64,000 nt of DNA, from the NCBI GenBank assembly GCA_977016875.1, contig CDRNST010000265.1, positions 248,001 to 312,000 on the forward strand. Reading direction: 5' to 3'. The translations under genes and the position numbers were made by a program. Positions 46,401 through 61,500 of the stretch are shown one piece after another. Position 1 is the stretch's first letter, and each line of letters starts with the position of its first letter. Below the pieces are notes generated by a model that was not told the origin of the DNA, made no database searches, and worked only from the letters and a program-made list of their open reading frames with translations. The DNA is from Pavona decussata (taxonomy: Eukaryota).

Positions 46401-49400
46401 TATAAGGGACTCTTGAAAGAATGCGCTCATCCGCTCACTGCATGGCCTTCGGGTCGACATGCCAATTTTCGAAGCAGTAATGGTTTTACAAACAAACTTC
46501 GAGAAAGCTGTGTGTAATTAATTTGTCAATAATCCCACTCAGGGGACTGGTATATCAGAGGAAACTGCCCAACGCTTAAAAATAAACAGTTGGCCGAGAA
46601 AACACAACCAAAACATTACCAAGCCATCGTCTATTCTGTGTCCAAAAACACTCTAGCGACAATCAAGTTCACAATTTTTGGAAACCTTAACATATCGGTG
46701 AAGGTCATGATAGTGAGCGTCATGACTGGAACAGTGTTCATTTAAAACCATCACCAACAGAGAAGATACAACCATATTCTACTTTCACCTATTTTAAGAG
46801 AGAAATCGACATGAAATAGTCAACTGACAAAGAACATGCGACCAGACAGAAAATCAATAAATAAAGGATTAAACAGCTTAACACTTGGTCGAGCACGAAA
46901 GCTTTTTAATTTGCCGTTACGGTATATTAGGGAGGGGAGGGAAAGGAAGGGAATGGGGTAATCTAAGGGAAACTGTTTGTATGAGGAAGCAGGATCTTTG
47001 ATGTGAAAAATACTGGCATATTAGTGTGAGCTTGTGACGTTAAATATTTTAGTTAAGTCATATTTTATTTTAAGATTTAGGCGCGCGAAGCCAATGATAA
47101 ATTTTCGTGAGTCAGTTCATTTAGTTCCTATATTCTAATTTTGCGCGGGAAACCTCCTGTTAGTTAGCTTACAAAAAAGATGCGTTGAACTTAAAACGAA
47201 TTAGAACTTGTAGAGAGAGCATGAAATTGGTGTTGCCTTTGTTCAAGATCCCAGATACTTGCGGTACCTCTTGAAAGAAGCTAGTAGAGTTGTCCAAGCA
47301 GCTTCTACGTACTTTCTTGTAATGTTTACTCACTCGGCCTTTTTGCTTTTTTTGTTTTTTGTTATTAGAACGAGAATGGAAGGGGTTCGTCACTTGCTGA
47401 TCAAATGTTTTCCCAGCTGCGTTTTATCGAAAATGATTTTACTTTCCCTTTCGTCCTTCAAGGGAGTTTACAGATTTAAAACATTACCAACTCATCGTTT
47501 ATTCCATGTCCAACAAAACTCTAGCGACGATCAAGTTCACAATCCTTAGAAAAACCTTAACATAGCGGTGAAGGTTAGAGTGAGCGCCATCAACTGAGAA
47601 GACACAATCATATTCTGCTTCTGCATATTTTAAGACTGGAAACGCCCTGCAATTAATTACGTAAATGACAAAGAAAGACATTCGACTAAAAAGAAAATAA
47701 ATCAATATTAAATAAAAATTAAGCGGATTGACGCTTGGTCGTACATGCAGGCTTTTTTTTTCCATTATGGCACAGTACAAGCGACTACCTTTTCTCTACG
47801 CAATGGCTCAGGAGAAGTAATTCGTCCGAAAAATTATCCCTCTAAAAAAAGTGATAACACGACGGCACTTGGTTGTTGAAGAGCCCACACTCTTAGAAGG
47901 ATAGTTTGTCCTCAAATCTATCTATATAGACGGATAATGGGGCTTATTAAATTAGACGAACTGCCCGTCTAAATTATAAGCGACTCGTTCACTTACAGAC
48001 GCGTAACATGTTCAAGATTGATAATCTGTCAGACAGGAAACTGAATTTTCAGGACCTGAAAATGGCCAACACATAGTGGGTGACTTAAGATGAAAAAGAA
48101 ACAGTCAAATATGCGTGTGTTATTTCCGGCACGAAATTATTAATAAAACAATAAATACATTTATTGCCATTTGAAGAATGCACATTATCTAATCTTTGCC
48201 GTAACGAAATCGGTTTAAGTTTCACGTGCTCGCTTACCAGAGCTTAAAACAGAAAAAAAAAAAAATCAGCAGAAGTAACAATCAGCCACCTTCAAACATC
48301 CAGCCGTGATTGAAAGAAACCGACAGACTATGTATTAAAAATTTGTTCGCGTCCGTATTATTATTACTTATTTCAAAATTTATTTCTCTGTATAGAGTAT
48401 TATAACTGCATATTTTTCATTTATCAAAGTACCGAAGATACAGGTGTCGTCCGACTGCAAAAGCCCACTTAAGATAAGTCCTCACTTGGGTCATGCCATA
48501 CCCCGCAAAAACGCGAGCTTGTGCATATTGGGAACAGCAGTAAAGTATATCTTCTAAGAGATGATTTACTCTTAGTTGTGAAACGTCTAACACAGAAGAG
48601 TGGATAGGCGATTCACATAGAAACTCGACATTCAGTCTTGCAGCACTGCCGATAATAATTATGTGGAATATAAGTCTGCGCAAGCAGCCTCGAAAAAAAC
48701 CCCGTAAATTTAAGCCGCAGACGTACGAGCAAAGTGGATCGACAAAAATTCACTCGTTCGTTCATTTCAGTTTTAATAGAACAAAAGCTTTTCGTGGCTA
48801 CAGTACCACTTTTCTCGACGCTCGTACAAAGGAGTGAATAACATCCACATACCAAACAGGAAGCAAAAACGTTTAACATAAGGCACTTACTGGCTTGTGT
48901 AACAGTGAAAACGTACAAAATCCATCAGTTGTAACGCAATTGACTACTCTTTCACTTTAAACAGCCAATTGCAAAGAGTATGAAACTTAAGGTTTCTTTC
49001 AGTGCGACAATCAATAAGATATTGAGGTTTGTGGGGCTTTTTGTTTTCATATTGAACAGGGGAAAATATTCCCTGCACATGGTTAAACAAGAAAATTTGT
49101 CAAAATGGCGGAATAAGTCGTGACCCGATCAGAACTTGAAGTGGATTACAAAATTATACTGCGGGGCAGACCATTTGGATGAAATTATTGAAATTATTTC
49201 AAAGAACCGTTATTTACAACAGTGTTAATTCTGGGATACATTTAGTTTGTTGCACGTTTCAATTTAGTTTAAACGTTTACTGTTATTCTTATACTAACTA
49301 GAAGATTACAAGCTCTCTCTAAACATGTCAATAATTATCGGGCTATTACTGAGTATGCTAGTTTTACCCCCAAAAGGGATTTGAAGGAAGGGAAGGGAGG

Positions 49401-52400
49401 GTAGCAATCCCTCAGATAAGCAATGAGTTTGGGAATTTTCTTTTCGAGAAATGATATGGATCGTAAAATTTTGGTCTGAAAATTTGAAAGCGGTTATGAT
49501 TCTTAAAGTCCAACCAGGTCTAGACTGAACTGAAAGCGAACTGAATTTTAGAAGCCAGGTTGAAAAGGGGAGCCATTCATAATTTCCTATCAGTCAGGTT
49601 GGCATAGAAATTCCATGGAATTCCCCACCCCTCCTCCCCAGCAAATTAACCCTGGGAGAGAGAGAGAGAGCTGGCGCCATTGCCTTCCTCATAGACTATC
49701 GACCCGCTCGTTTACGTCATTATGCATGAAAATGTAACTCGGCAATTCTACTGAGTAAGCTAAGGTAGCCAGCATTGTTATAAACAACAGGAAACGTCAA
49801 ATTATCAGTCTGATGAAAATTGCTGAACTGTTGCCAGTAAAAAGAGCTGAGTTGATCACTGCTTTATCAAAAGGGACAAGAGAATAACCAGAAGGTGATC
49901 GATTTATACGTGATTTTACATATCCACATTAAACAATAGGCACTCCACTAACAATAACACACTTGACATCTTCATCCATTAGGTACTACGACAACGTGTG
50001 CACAGTGTATACTGGCTATTAAGTTTAGAGCTAAGATGTTTGTATCCTCTTAATTTTCTCACTAAATTAAAGTTCTCCCAAAACGAGATTAATAAAGTTT
50101 TATTGAAGGAATGCACTCATCCCCTCACTGCACCGCCTTCGGGTCGACCCGTAAAGTTGAGAAACAGCAACAGTTTTACAAACAAGCTGAGACAAGCTCT
50201 GTATGACGAATCGGAGCAAAAAAACCCCTTCAGGAGACTGCTATATCGGAGGGATATGTCCGAGAAGCAATGTCCGAAAGCATGTGTGAAACTTTGGGAA
50301 TAATCTTTAAGGCGCGGGCATTATCTCCTGCCCGATATGCAAACAACAGAGAAAGGACTTCCTTTACTGAGTCATTACTTTAGTCTGGAAAACACAAAAC
50401 AGCTAGTGATGGTCTCTGAGTGATTGCAGCTAAATAAATGAAAGCTAATTAGTTTACCAGTTGTTTCTTTGTTTCCTCGATGTTAACGTTTAGGCCACTG
50501 TTATCAATCGTGTGATTACCAAATTCCTATACTGTATCATGTGACGTGTTTGTCCAATGACGCGCGTAATTAATCAGTGGGTTATATGTCCACTTTACCT
50601 TACTATAAACATAACAATAGTAGAGTTGTTCAAACAGCTTCTACTTTCTTGTAATATTCACTTACGTGGCCTTTTTGCTCCTTTTTAAAAAGAGAATGGA
50701 AGAGGTCGTCATTTGCTGATCAAATGTTTCCACAGCTGCGTTTTATCAAAAATGAGTTTACTTTCTCTGTCGTCCTTCAAGGGGTTAAAAAAAAAAAAAA
50801 AACATTGCCAAGCCATCGTTTATTCTGTGTCCAGAAACACTCTAGCGACGATCAAGTTCACAATTCTTGGAAACCTGAACATATCGGTGAAGGTTAGAGT
50901 AAGTGTCCTGATTGGAAGAATGTTCATTTAAAGCCATCAACCAGTGAGAAGGTACAACCATATTCTACTTTCACCTATTTTAAGAGCGGAATCGCGACAA
51001 GAAATCAATCAAATGACAAAGGACATGCGCCAGAAAGAAAATCAATAAATAAAGGATTAAACAGCTTAACACTTGGTCGAGCACGAAAGCTTTTTGCCGT
51101 TACGGTATATTAGAGGGGAGGGAAAGGAGGAGAGGGGGGTAATCTAAGGGAAACTTTTTTTTGTGTGAGGAAGCAGGATCTTTGATGTGAAAAAATACTG
51201 GGATATTAATGTGAACTTGTGAACTTATATAAATTTTCGTGATTCAGTTTATTCAGTTCCTTCATTCTAAGTTTGCGCGGGAAACGCTCCCACCTGTTAT
51301 ACCTGTTCTTCTGATTGTTTTCTGTCAGTCCGCTAAGAAGACTTACAACTCATGCTAATTATAATAGAAATTACATTAGATCAGAACCTTCACTGAGTTT
51401 TCACGGCTTCCAAATCTGCCCCTTCCCCTAGCTAATCACTTTTTCTTCCCCTGTGACAATAGAACTAAACAACGCCTACTAAATAATTATTTAACTCTTG
51501 CTAAGTCACATGTAATAGTTCTCACTGGCTTCGTTGCATAGGATTGACACTCAAGGGGTAGGTTGTAGCCTAGTTTAGCTCAGTGTAATAGGTTTAAGTA
51601 GCCTCCTCTGAGTTAGCTTACAAAAAGGATGCATTGAAAACATGAGAACGAATTGGAACTTGTAGAGAGAACTTGTAGTTGTTGTTGCCTTTGTTCAAGA
51701 TCCCAGATACTTGCGGTACCTCTTGAAAGAAGCCAGTTGCTCTGCTGTTCCCCGTGCCAGTACAAACTAAAAGGAACTGAATTTTAGAAAGGATTAAAAG
51801 GATTAGATCACGGGATTAAACGCCTTAGCACTTGATCGAGCACGGAAGCTTTTTCTTTTTTTCCGAAGGACAAACAATTCCAATGCATCCACCTACCCAT
51901 CCACTAGCCGGTGAAAGCTTACACCAGTGCCGTCTCTCGTAGGCTATTGCCTTGTTCGTTTCCGCCAACATGAATTAAAAGTCGAGCAAAAACTTTGCAT
52001 TCTCTTAATTTTCGCGGTTAAATCATTCCAAAATGAGATTTATAAGGGTCTCTGGAAAGAATGCACTCATCCACTCACTGCATGGTCTTCGGGTCGACCT
52101 GGGAATTTGCGAAGCAGAAATGGTTTTACAAACAAACTTCGAGAAAGCTGTGTGTAATGAATTTTTAAAAAAATCCCTTCAAGGCGACTGGTATATCGCA
52201 GGAAAATCACCAAGGCTGAAATATTGTCTGAAAAATAGCCAGTTGGCCGAGAAGCAAACCTCCGAGGGCAACTGCGAAACTTTAATGATAATCTTTAAGC
52301 CAAGGGCATTATGTCCTGCTGGATATGCCAGCAATCCCGAAAGAGCTTCCTTCACAGAATCATCACTTTACTTAGAAAAAGACAAGACAGCTAGTGATAG

Positions 52401-54700
52401 CCTCTGTGTGATTGCAGCTAAACAAATGCAAGCTAATTAGTTTGCTAGTTGTTTCTTTGTTTCCTCGATGAAAAAGTTTGGGCCACTGTTATCACATCGG
52501 ACGACTGTTATTAACCGTCTGATTACCGAAGTCCCATGCTGTATCACGTGCCACGTTTTGTCCAATGACAAAGCGCGTAATTAATCAGTGGGTTATAGCT
52601 CCACTTTTCCTTGTTATAAACATAACAATAGTTGAGTTATCCAAAGAGCTTCTACTTTCTTGTAATATTCACTTACGTGGCCTTTTTGCTTTTTTTTATT
52701 TTTTTATTTAGGAAGAGAATGGAAGAGGTCGTCACTTGCTGTGTTTTATCAAAAATTATTTTACTTTCCCTTTCGTCCTTCATGGAGGTTTACACATCTA
52801 AAACATTACCAAGCCATCGTTTATTTCTTGTCCAACAAAACCCTTGCGACGATCAAGCTCACAATTCTTGGAAACCTTAACATATCGTTGAAGGTTAGAG
52901 TAAGCGTCATAATTGGAACAATGTTCATTCAGAGCCATCAACTGAGAAGATACAATCATATTCTGCTTCTACATATTTCAAAACCGGAAACGACCTGAAG
53001 TTGATTATAATTACGTAAATGACAAAGAACATCCCACCAGAAAGAAAATCAATCAATAAATAAACATTAAGCGGCTTGACACTCGGTTGAACACGCAAGC
53101 TTTTTTTTTTTCCATCATGACACTGATACAATGGAGGGGAGGGAGGGGAGGGAGGGAAGGGTGTTATCTAGAGGAAACTGTTTGTATAAAGAAGCAGGAC
53201 CTTTGACTCTCAATGTGGAAAATATTGAGACATAAGGCTGGAGTTTAAGGGAACTGAATTTTAGAAGTCAGGTTAAAAAGGGGGCCATTTCGATTTCATA
53301 TTAAGGAGGACATTCCCAGGGGTCCCCCTACCCCGCCGCTGGCCTGTCAGAGCTGACGCCATTGCCTTCTCTCATAGGCTATCGCCCTGTTCGTTTCAGT
53401 CATCATGCATGAAAATGAAATCGACATAAAATAGTAGGTGCTCTACTAATAATAATAATACATTAAAGATTCTTACGCCGACGTGTGCACAATGTCTAAT
53501 GTCTTTGCATAACTCTTAATTTTTGCGGTTAAATTCTCCCAGAACGGGATTAACAAGGGTTTCTTGAAGGAATGCACTCATCCGCTCGCTGCATGGCCTT
53601 TGGGTCGACCTGTAAAGTTGCGAAACAGCAATGGTTTTACAAACAAACTGAGGGAAAGCTCTATACATGAATAAACCAACAAACGCAATCAGGAGACCGG
53701 GCTATCTGAGGAAAATGTCCAAGGCTGAGAGATTGTCCGAAAAAAATAACATTTAACAGAGACGAAAACCTCCGATGACAACTGTAAAACTTTGAGGTTA
53801 ATCTTTTAGCTAAGGGCATTATCTCCCGCCGGATATGCCTGCAATCCCGAGAGGACCTACTTCACTGAATTATTACTTTACTGTGGAAAAGGCAAAACTG
53901 CCAGTGACGGCCTCTGCGTGATTGCAGCCAATAACCCAGCATGATAACTAGTTTACCAATTGTTTCTATGTTTTTTAATCGGAAATTTTGTGGCGACTGT
54001 TATAAAATCGGACGACCGGTTATCGTCTGATAGCCAAAGTCCCTTTGGGTACCACATGACGTGTTTTGCACAACCGATCGCGCGGAGCTTGATCGGCGGG
54101 TCACAACTCCAGAAAAAAAGCAGTTGTCCTCAATTTAAACATAAGATGAGGAGAGTTTCCAAAAGAGCGTCTACTTTCTTTTAATATCCACTTACATAGC
54201 CCTTTTACTTTTTCTTTGAAAAATACAGGTCAAAGTTGTCACTTGCCGATCAAGTTTTCTCACACTCACAGCTACGTTTATTCAAAACTGATTTCACTTT
54301 CCTTTTTGTCCTTCAAGGGGTTCGGATAACCAAGGAACCGTTTTTTTCCGTGTCCAAACAAAAAACCCTAGCGACAATCGTTCGCAAATACAAGTTCTTA
54401 ACGGTTGGTAGGTGTAACATATGGGAGAAGGTTAGATTAAGCGTCATAATAATAGAACAATGTTCCACTGAGAAGACACAACCATACTCTACTTTCACCT
54501 ATTTTAAGCACAAAAAATTGCAATTAATCAAATGACAAAGAACAAACGACCACAAAAAGTCAACAAATTACAGATTAAACGGCTTAACACTTCGACCAGC
54601 ACGAAAGCTTGCGAAAGCATTGACACTTTTTATCACAATAGACGGGAGGGATGGGAGGGGAAAGGGGGGAGGGGGGGAGGTAATCTAGGAAAAATTGGAG
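43440..54700 (+). repeat. Degenerate tandem array of ~5-7 partial 1-2.5-kb non-coding units
   Basis: Motif gaactgaattttagaa at 43511, 49538, 51774, 53251. Motif gaatgc(a/g)ctcatc at 44244, 46419, 50109, 52059, 53570. aacatatcggtgaaggttagag and cttggtcgagcacg motifs recur 6-7 times. Confidence 0.85.
45427..45864. mobile_element. MITE with ATCCG-rich interior and 6-bp TTGACA duplication
   Basis: TTGACA|gagaggggtgaatagg ... cctattcacccccctc|TTGACA. Confidence 0.8.
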
Positions 54701-55529
54701 ATCTCTGATTCTGATTTTTAAAAATGCCGGAACAATAGGAAGTATTTCAATGAAAAAAAAAAGAAAAATGAATTGTTTGGCTTTTAATACTTATCGATAA
54801 GTATTCTAATATACGGTTACAATATTCCAAAACATATAAAGCCCTCAGTCTCATCTAACATGAATCATTAGAAATTTCACACGATGACTTTCATTGGATA
54901 TGAACGCCCTGAGTGGATGTCCAGATGTTCGTTCAATTTTAAGTTATGCCTAGCAGTTGTTCACCGCTGGGCCATGTATTTATTTTCCATCTAGCTACAT
55001 AATTCCTCTAACCGAAAGTCATTCTCCCCAAAAATGGATTTATCTAATTCCATTCTTTTCTTTTATTAAATTATAGTTTCCTTTACGGTTTATTTATTTC
55101 CACTGAAAATAATAACTTAACTATTATGTAAATAGATTACAAAACAATAATTTTTGGCCAAAGGATGATCGTTCTAAAATGGTTAATTGCTGGAATTTCG
55201 GTAAGCTAAGTGCAGTTAATAATTTCCTTCAAATAATAAAATTAAATAATGAAAAATAAAAATAAGAATAAACGAATAATTCCGATGTTGGAGGGGAAGG
55301 TGGGGAGATACCTCATCCCTCGTGAATGTCTGGGGGTTAAAGAGGCATTAAAAAAATATTAAACTGAAAGGAGCCTTTTAAATCTGACGTGTGAGGGATA
55401 CATCTTAACCGATACATAAAGGATTTCTATTAGAAAAACACTTTAAATGAGGCCAAATAAATATGATGATCACGGAAACGTGTTGCATTTAACATTGCCG
55501 CACGAAGGTTTTCCTTCAGCTGAGGCAAG

Positions 55530-58500
55530 ATGTCTGACGAGCGCCATCTCCCCCTGCGCCTGTGCTTTGTGTTATTTACAGTTGTGCTGCTAACCCGAGG
55601 CAATGAAGGTAACTTGAAAAGTCAATTTGCTTTAATTTCAACATTTTCCTGGTATTTTTCGTAATTTTGTCTCTTAATTAAAGCTAAAAGAGTAACAAAG
55701 ATTTGAGGGTGGGGCGGAAGTAGATCGCTGTGGAATTTATCAGATAAAATGGAATTTTAAAGATAATTTGAGGTCTTTAAACCTTTTTTGAAAGCATATA
55801 TTGCACGTTTTACAATTAATAGTCACCTGCATAGCTTTCTTGACGTCTTGAATTAATTTGAACAGCAATTATTGGTTGGGTGCTCATGGATGGACTATAC
55901 AATCAACCAAAATACTTTTGTGGATTAATTTACTGACGACAAAAAAGTCTTCAGTCTTAGTCAGTCTTTGTCTATTGTCTCCTTTCATAGCCGCCAGTTT
56001 TAAGGCCGGAAAAGACAACGTAACAACATCCAGTCCAGGACTGTTCGCTTGCAAGAAAATATCGTTTTCTCAACCTTTCAATGGTGGAAAGAAAGTGAAA
56101 GTGTTTGCCTCATTTGGTCATTCGGTGCAAAGAAGCCCAACTCGTGGTAACGGTGCAGCTATTTGGGTTGAATCAGAAGATCAAAATCAATTCACCACTT
56201 GTGTTTCTGAATACAGTGAAGGTTCTAATGGAACAGCGGAGGTGAATTGGATCGCTGTCCAATCCGTTCCTTCTGGGGCTCAAATAGGAACTGCTGACTT
56301 GGATCCTTGGACTACTGGGACACAATGCAAAAGGATCGACTTCCCACAGGTTAGCATAATTGGTATTTCTATTAGTATGTGTTTCATGGAATTTCGATTT
56401 GCAAAAAAGAAGTAGAAAAACCTCTTCCCGCTGGATTCATTTGTAATCAGAGTTCTAGGTTTAAAATAGGATCTTAAAAGTAACGGCCTTTCGTTTCTGG
56501 TATCAACTTAAGCCAGCTTTGGAAAAAGAAACCGTCTGTTAATTTAGACAATTTACTTTCCTTGCGAAAAGTTAGACGGACAGTATTTTCAACCTTATTT
56601 GCCAAAATAATTTCTCGATTACAGGACGTCAATTTCAAAATAAGCAGTCGATACCTTTTTTGTCAAAATTGATTTGTCCTCTCAATTATCGATATTTTGT
56701 GTAACTGATGCTTTAGAAATTAAAAAAAAAAAAATTACGCTCGTTATAAACTTAATTAACCATTGCAGTTGGTTTATTGAGGTTCACGTAAGAAGTTCTA
56801 AATCATAGTTTTTGTTTTTCTCACTTTTCTAAGCCATAAGCACCCAGACAGAGGTCCAAAAGTTCATGAGCTACTAATCTACTTTTCAGACAATGCTGGC
56901 ACAAAATCAATGNNNNNNNNNNNNNNNNNNNNNNNNNNNNNNNNNNNNNNNNNNNNNNNNNNNNNNNNNNNNNNNNNNNNNNNNNNNNNNNNNNNNNNNN
57001 NNNNNNNNNNNNNNNNNNNNNNNNNNNNNNNNNNNNNNNNNNNNNNNNNNNNNNNNNNNNNNNNNNNNNNNNNNNNNNNNNNNNNNNNNNNNNNNNNNNN
57101 NNNNNNNNNNNNNNNNNTTAGGTGGGTGCATGAGTGAGTGAGGGGGTGAGTGGGTGCGTGGGTGGTTTATTCGATTAGTGAGTAAGTGAGTGAATAATGC
57201 GCGCGTTCCTGCGTGTGTGCGCGAGTCAGTTGGTGAGTGGGTGGGTGGGAGGTGAGTGGGTAAAAGTGTGAGTGTGTGATTGAGTGAGTGTGTGATTGAG
57301 NNNNNNNNNNNNNNNNNNNNNNNNNNNNNNNNNNNNNNNNNNNNNNNNNNNNNNNNNNNNNNNNNNNNNNNNNNNNNNNNNNNNNNNNNNNNNNNNNNNN
57401 NNNNNNNNNNNNNNNNNNNNNNNNNNNNNNNNNNNNNNNNNNNNNNNNNNNNNNNNNNNNNNNGGCTAGGTGGGTGCATGAGTGAGTGAGGGGGTGAGTG
57501 GGTGCGTGGGTGGTTTATTCGATTAGTGAGTAAGTGAGTAAATAATGCGCGCGTTTCTGCGTGTGTGCGCGAGTCAGTTGGTGAGTGGGTGGGTGGGTAG
57601 GTGGGAGGTGAGTGGGTAAAAGTGTGAGTGCGTGATTGAGTGAGTGTGTGATTGAGGGTTTAAGTGAGTCTGCGAGTGAGTGAGTTGCTGAGTGGGAGGG
57701 TGTGTGAATGCGTGAGTCAGTGAATGAGTGAAGGAAAGAGTGAGTGAGTGAGTGAGTGAGTGAGTGAGTGAGTGAGTGAGTGAGTGAGTGAGTGAGTGAG
57801 TGAGTGAGTGAGTGAGCGATAGTGATAGGGTATCTTTTATGCGCCTTAATCTCTAAAGGGAGATATTGGTCTAGTTACAATAAAAATTTCGATGTTAACT
57901 ACAATAACGAATTAACTAATACAAGGCGATTACAACAAAGAATAATTGATATGAAAAGAGTGAAACAATTCATTATTTACATGCTGATTCGAGGAACTTT
58001 TCTCTCTTCTGGAACATTAAATTAGTATATTTCCATACTGTTTTAGTAGTATTTTCCTTGTCTAGAGTAAGTGGATAACTAATTTTGTCTTTATTACTTA
58101 AGTTGGCGATAACATGATTATTTTTGGAAATGAGAGAATGGAGTTCATGTCTAATTTTATCATACTCTTGGAAAGACAACAAGAAAGCCGTTTGTCCTCA
58201 ATAAAATTTCTTTTGCATATTAAGCAGGTTCTTTCTTCTACCGAGATTAATACCCCTTTTTTTTCTTATTTCCCAGTTTGTATACTCAATGAATGAAGCA
58301 CTAGTTGCAATTTCGAATTCGTAATACTAATTCTATGTGCTGGGTTTCTGATGATCTTGAGAGAGTCCTCTAGTTGGTTGTCATTTTTAAGTGTTTGTGA
58401 GTAGCTTTTTCTCTAGAGTTTTCAGAACTGTTACTGCGGATCTTCGGCTAATTTAGAAAATAGCTTTTTTTCTTAGTTCCTTTATAAGGGAGGAACGAGC

Positions 58501-61500
58501 ATTCTTGATATGTTGTCGATTTACTATATTGCTTGTGGAGGGCATTCCTATTAACTATCACTATTTAATTCATCAAAAAATCTTGCGTAACAAAAAGCTT
58601 CATTAAAGAGATGATTGTTTGTTTTATGTAGTAGGCTTTGCCAGTAACTAAAAATTAAAGCCTTTATGTCTATAGTTAAGAGGCTCCGTCCAAGTTCTAC
58701 CCTACAGGTTATGTTTTATGTTTTATTTGTACCATGGTGTATTTATTGTTTCTTTGCAGAACTTAATATGGACTTGTTCAACAGTGCTTTTGTCAAAATA
58801 AGCCTTATATGATAATAATTCAGGCTCCCCAATTTCGCGTTCATATAATAGTTTAAGTTTGACAAGAGCATCACAAAGTTTATTCCTAATTGTAATTGTG
58901 GTCGTATCGGAATTAGAGGACGACCGTTTTATTATTGTTTTATTAGTCCTCCCAAAACCTTTCCTTATTCTTGTATGTTTGATATCATAGCTCAGCCTGC
59001 CTTTTTACTTAGCAGTAAAAGGCATTCTTTCTTTTTGTCATCCTGGTCCGTCTAGATTAGCTTTGCTACCTGCGGCGCCCAGAAAGTGTCCATGTAAACT
59101 TATGCAAACACCAAATAAACTTGAAAGTTTAAGTTGAAGAAAGAACTATGTAAGCTTTTTTACTAATGCGAATTCGTGGGATATAACGACCAGATCAAGT
59201 CCTTCTATCCCTACTATGTTTGTCTTTCTCTCAAAGATATGTTTGGCTACATTGTCCTCATTTTGGTATAACATTATTAAATTTAATTATATTTTGAATT
59301 TAGGATGTCTTTTCTCTTCTGAAACATTAAATATGTGTATTTACCTACTATATTTGAAGTGGTTTCATTTTCTAGGGTAAGTTAATTCCGTATCTTATCT
59401 TCATCGTTTAGGTTTTTAAAAATCATCGTGTGTTGAAACGAGAGAATGCAGCTCATTTCTAATGTTATTGAGTGAGTGAGTGAGTGAGTGAGTGAGTGAG
59501 GAGGTTGAACTTATATATTAAATGGTGATAACAAGTACTGTTCGATCATTTTCAATTTCGTCTTGTTTTATATTTGATTTTTTAGCGTTTTATGACTCCA
59601 CCAACTGTTCTGGTAACCCCTTCTCACAAGTTAGCCAAAAGACCCCAGGATGCCATGGCTCTGTGGATTCAACATCCCAGTGTGGACAGTTTCACTCTTT
59701 GTGCCCGTGAAACCAAGCTTTTTGATGGCCTACACCAAAATATAAAAATTGTGAGTAGTTACTTTTTATTATTACGGTTTTTCAAGGTATTGCTTTTTTC
59801 TTCTGTAGCGTAATTCTTTGTCTTATAAAGAAATAAACTCGCCCTTTTAAAGGGTGAGTTAGACTGGAATAGAAAGTGCCCGAACTTGTCTCTGAATATT
59901 CGTGCCTATTGGAGTGAACGTAGCAATAAGCACACTCTCTGACTTTTCCTAAAATTAATCTAAGGACACCTTGGTTTTGAAACCTTTTTTGTGAAATGAT
60001 TCTCTTAGAAATAAATCGTAAACGATTTTGACAACGATGGTGCTTCCTCCTCTAAAATGTCTTTGTCCTTTGATTATAAAACATTGCGTTTATCGTACTT
60101 TTCTCTTTTTACATTTTGTTAGTTTTATCAGGGGCTATAGGAAACAGGGTTTCGACTAAATAAATATTACAGTTTATCTCAAGTAAAGTTGAAATACTCA
60201 CAATGAGTCAGTCTTTTGTTTTTTCTGATCGTTGCTCGCCATTTATGTCAAGTAGAATAGCCCTAATAACCCTGCGTTTGATTCAGAAATATCCTGCAAG
60301 CGTTCGTCAAGTCTTGGTAACCGCGCGTCGTACTCCAATCCCAGGCGCGGGCGCTAAGCGCGCGAGCGTTAACCCTTATGAGTTAACACTTGCGCGCTTA
60401 GCGCCTGCGCCTTAGATTTGATTAGGACGCTCGGTTACCAAGACTTAACGAATGCTTGCGATATAGTTCTGAATCATAATGGCGCGTTGTTAGGGCTATT
60501 CTAAAAGAAATAAATAAGGAGAAAAGACCAGTAAAGACAATAGACTACTTCATTGTGAGTAATTCAACTTTATTTGAGATAAAATGTAATCTTTACTTAG
60601 TCGAAACCCATGTTTCCTATAGCCCATGGTTTCATTTATTGTTAGGTCAATTCTTGGATGTATTGATGATGTATTGGAAAACCTAAAAAATCCAAATGAG
60701 ATAGTGAATCCTCAAAGGCGGCACTTAAGATTATCGGCTTAAATCCCAGGCTATATCAGTTCATTGTCCCAATTTAAAAACGTAAATTAAGAGACAGTTT
60801 GAGACTTAATGCATTAATCTAGATAAAAAAAGGCGTGGGCTAAGAGGAGAAAGGTAAAAGGAGAATAAGAAAGTACAAACAACAGCAGAGGTGAAAAGAA
60901 ACACCAATGTAGCATGTTTAAACTGGTGTAGTAGCCTGTCAGACAGTCTGGTCAAATACCCAGAAGATCTTAAAAACTGAAATAAGAGGATTATATTCGA
61001 TTAAAGAAAAGTTTGACTTGAGCATTAATTTATTTTGCTTGCTTGCAGAACTGGTTGGCATTTACTAACCTCAATTTGGAGAATTTTACCCTGACGAACA
61101 GTCTGTTGTTTGCAAACATTACCTCACCATCACACAGAGATAACTATGCTTTCTGTCAGGTAAGGAAAGTAAATAAACAAAATTACTAACTTTCATCATA
61201 GTCCTATACGTTTATGCATATTTATTTATTTATTTATTTATTTATTTTCTCTTATAGAAAATCAACTTTACAGACCCATTCTTTGTTCCTCCTGTGGTAG
61301 TGGTGACGCCTAAACGCAGTTATAACAACTCGCGTCTGTCTGCTGGATCTGGATGTGACGCAATTGTCAGCTGGGTTGAGGTACTTTCTTTAACTTTGCT
61401 ATGTTTATCGTTGATCCAATAAGCAATTGGTTTAGAGAAAGTAAGTAAGCACGATTTTACATTATCTCCTGAGAATACAAACAAGTTCATATATCTAATA

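Noticed and set aside
48417-48918. Minus-strand ORFs with a possible splice donor
   Set aside because: No recognisable domain and no consistent neighbouring exons.
43440-54700. Recurring motifs considered as a CRISPR-like array or as coding repeats
   Set aside because: Spacing is kilobase-scale and irregular, the spacers are homologous to each other, no cas genes are present, and frames are not conserved among units.
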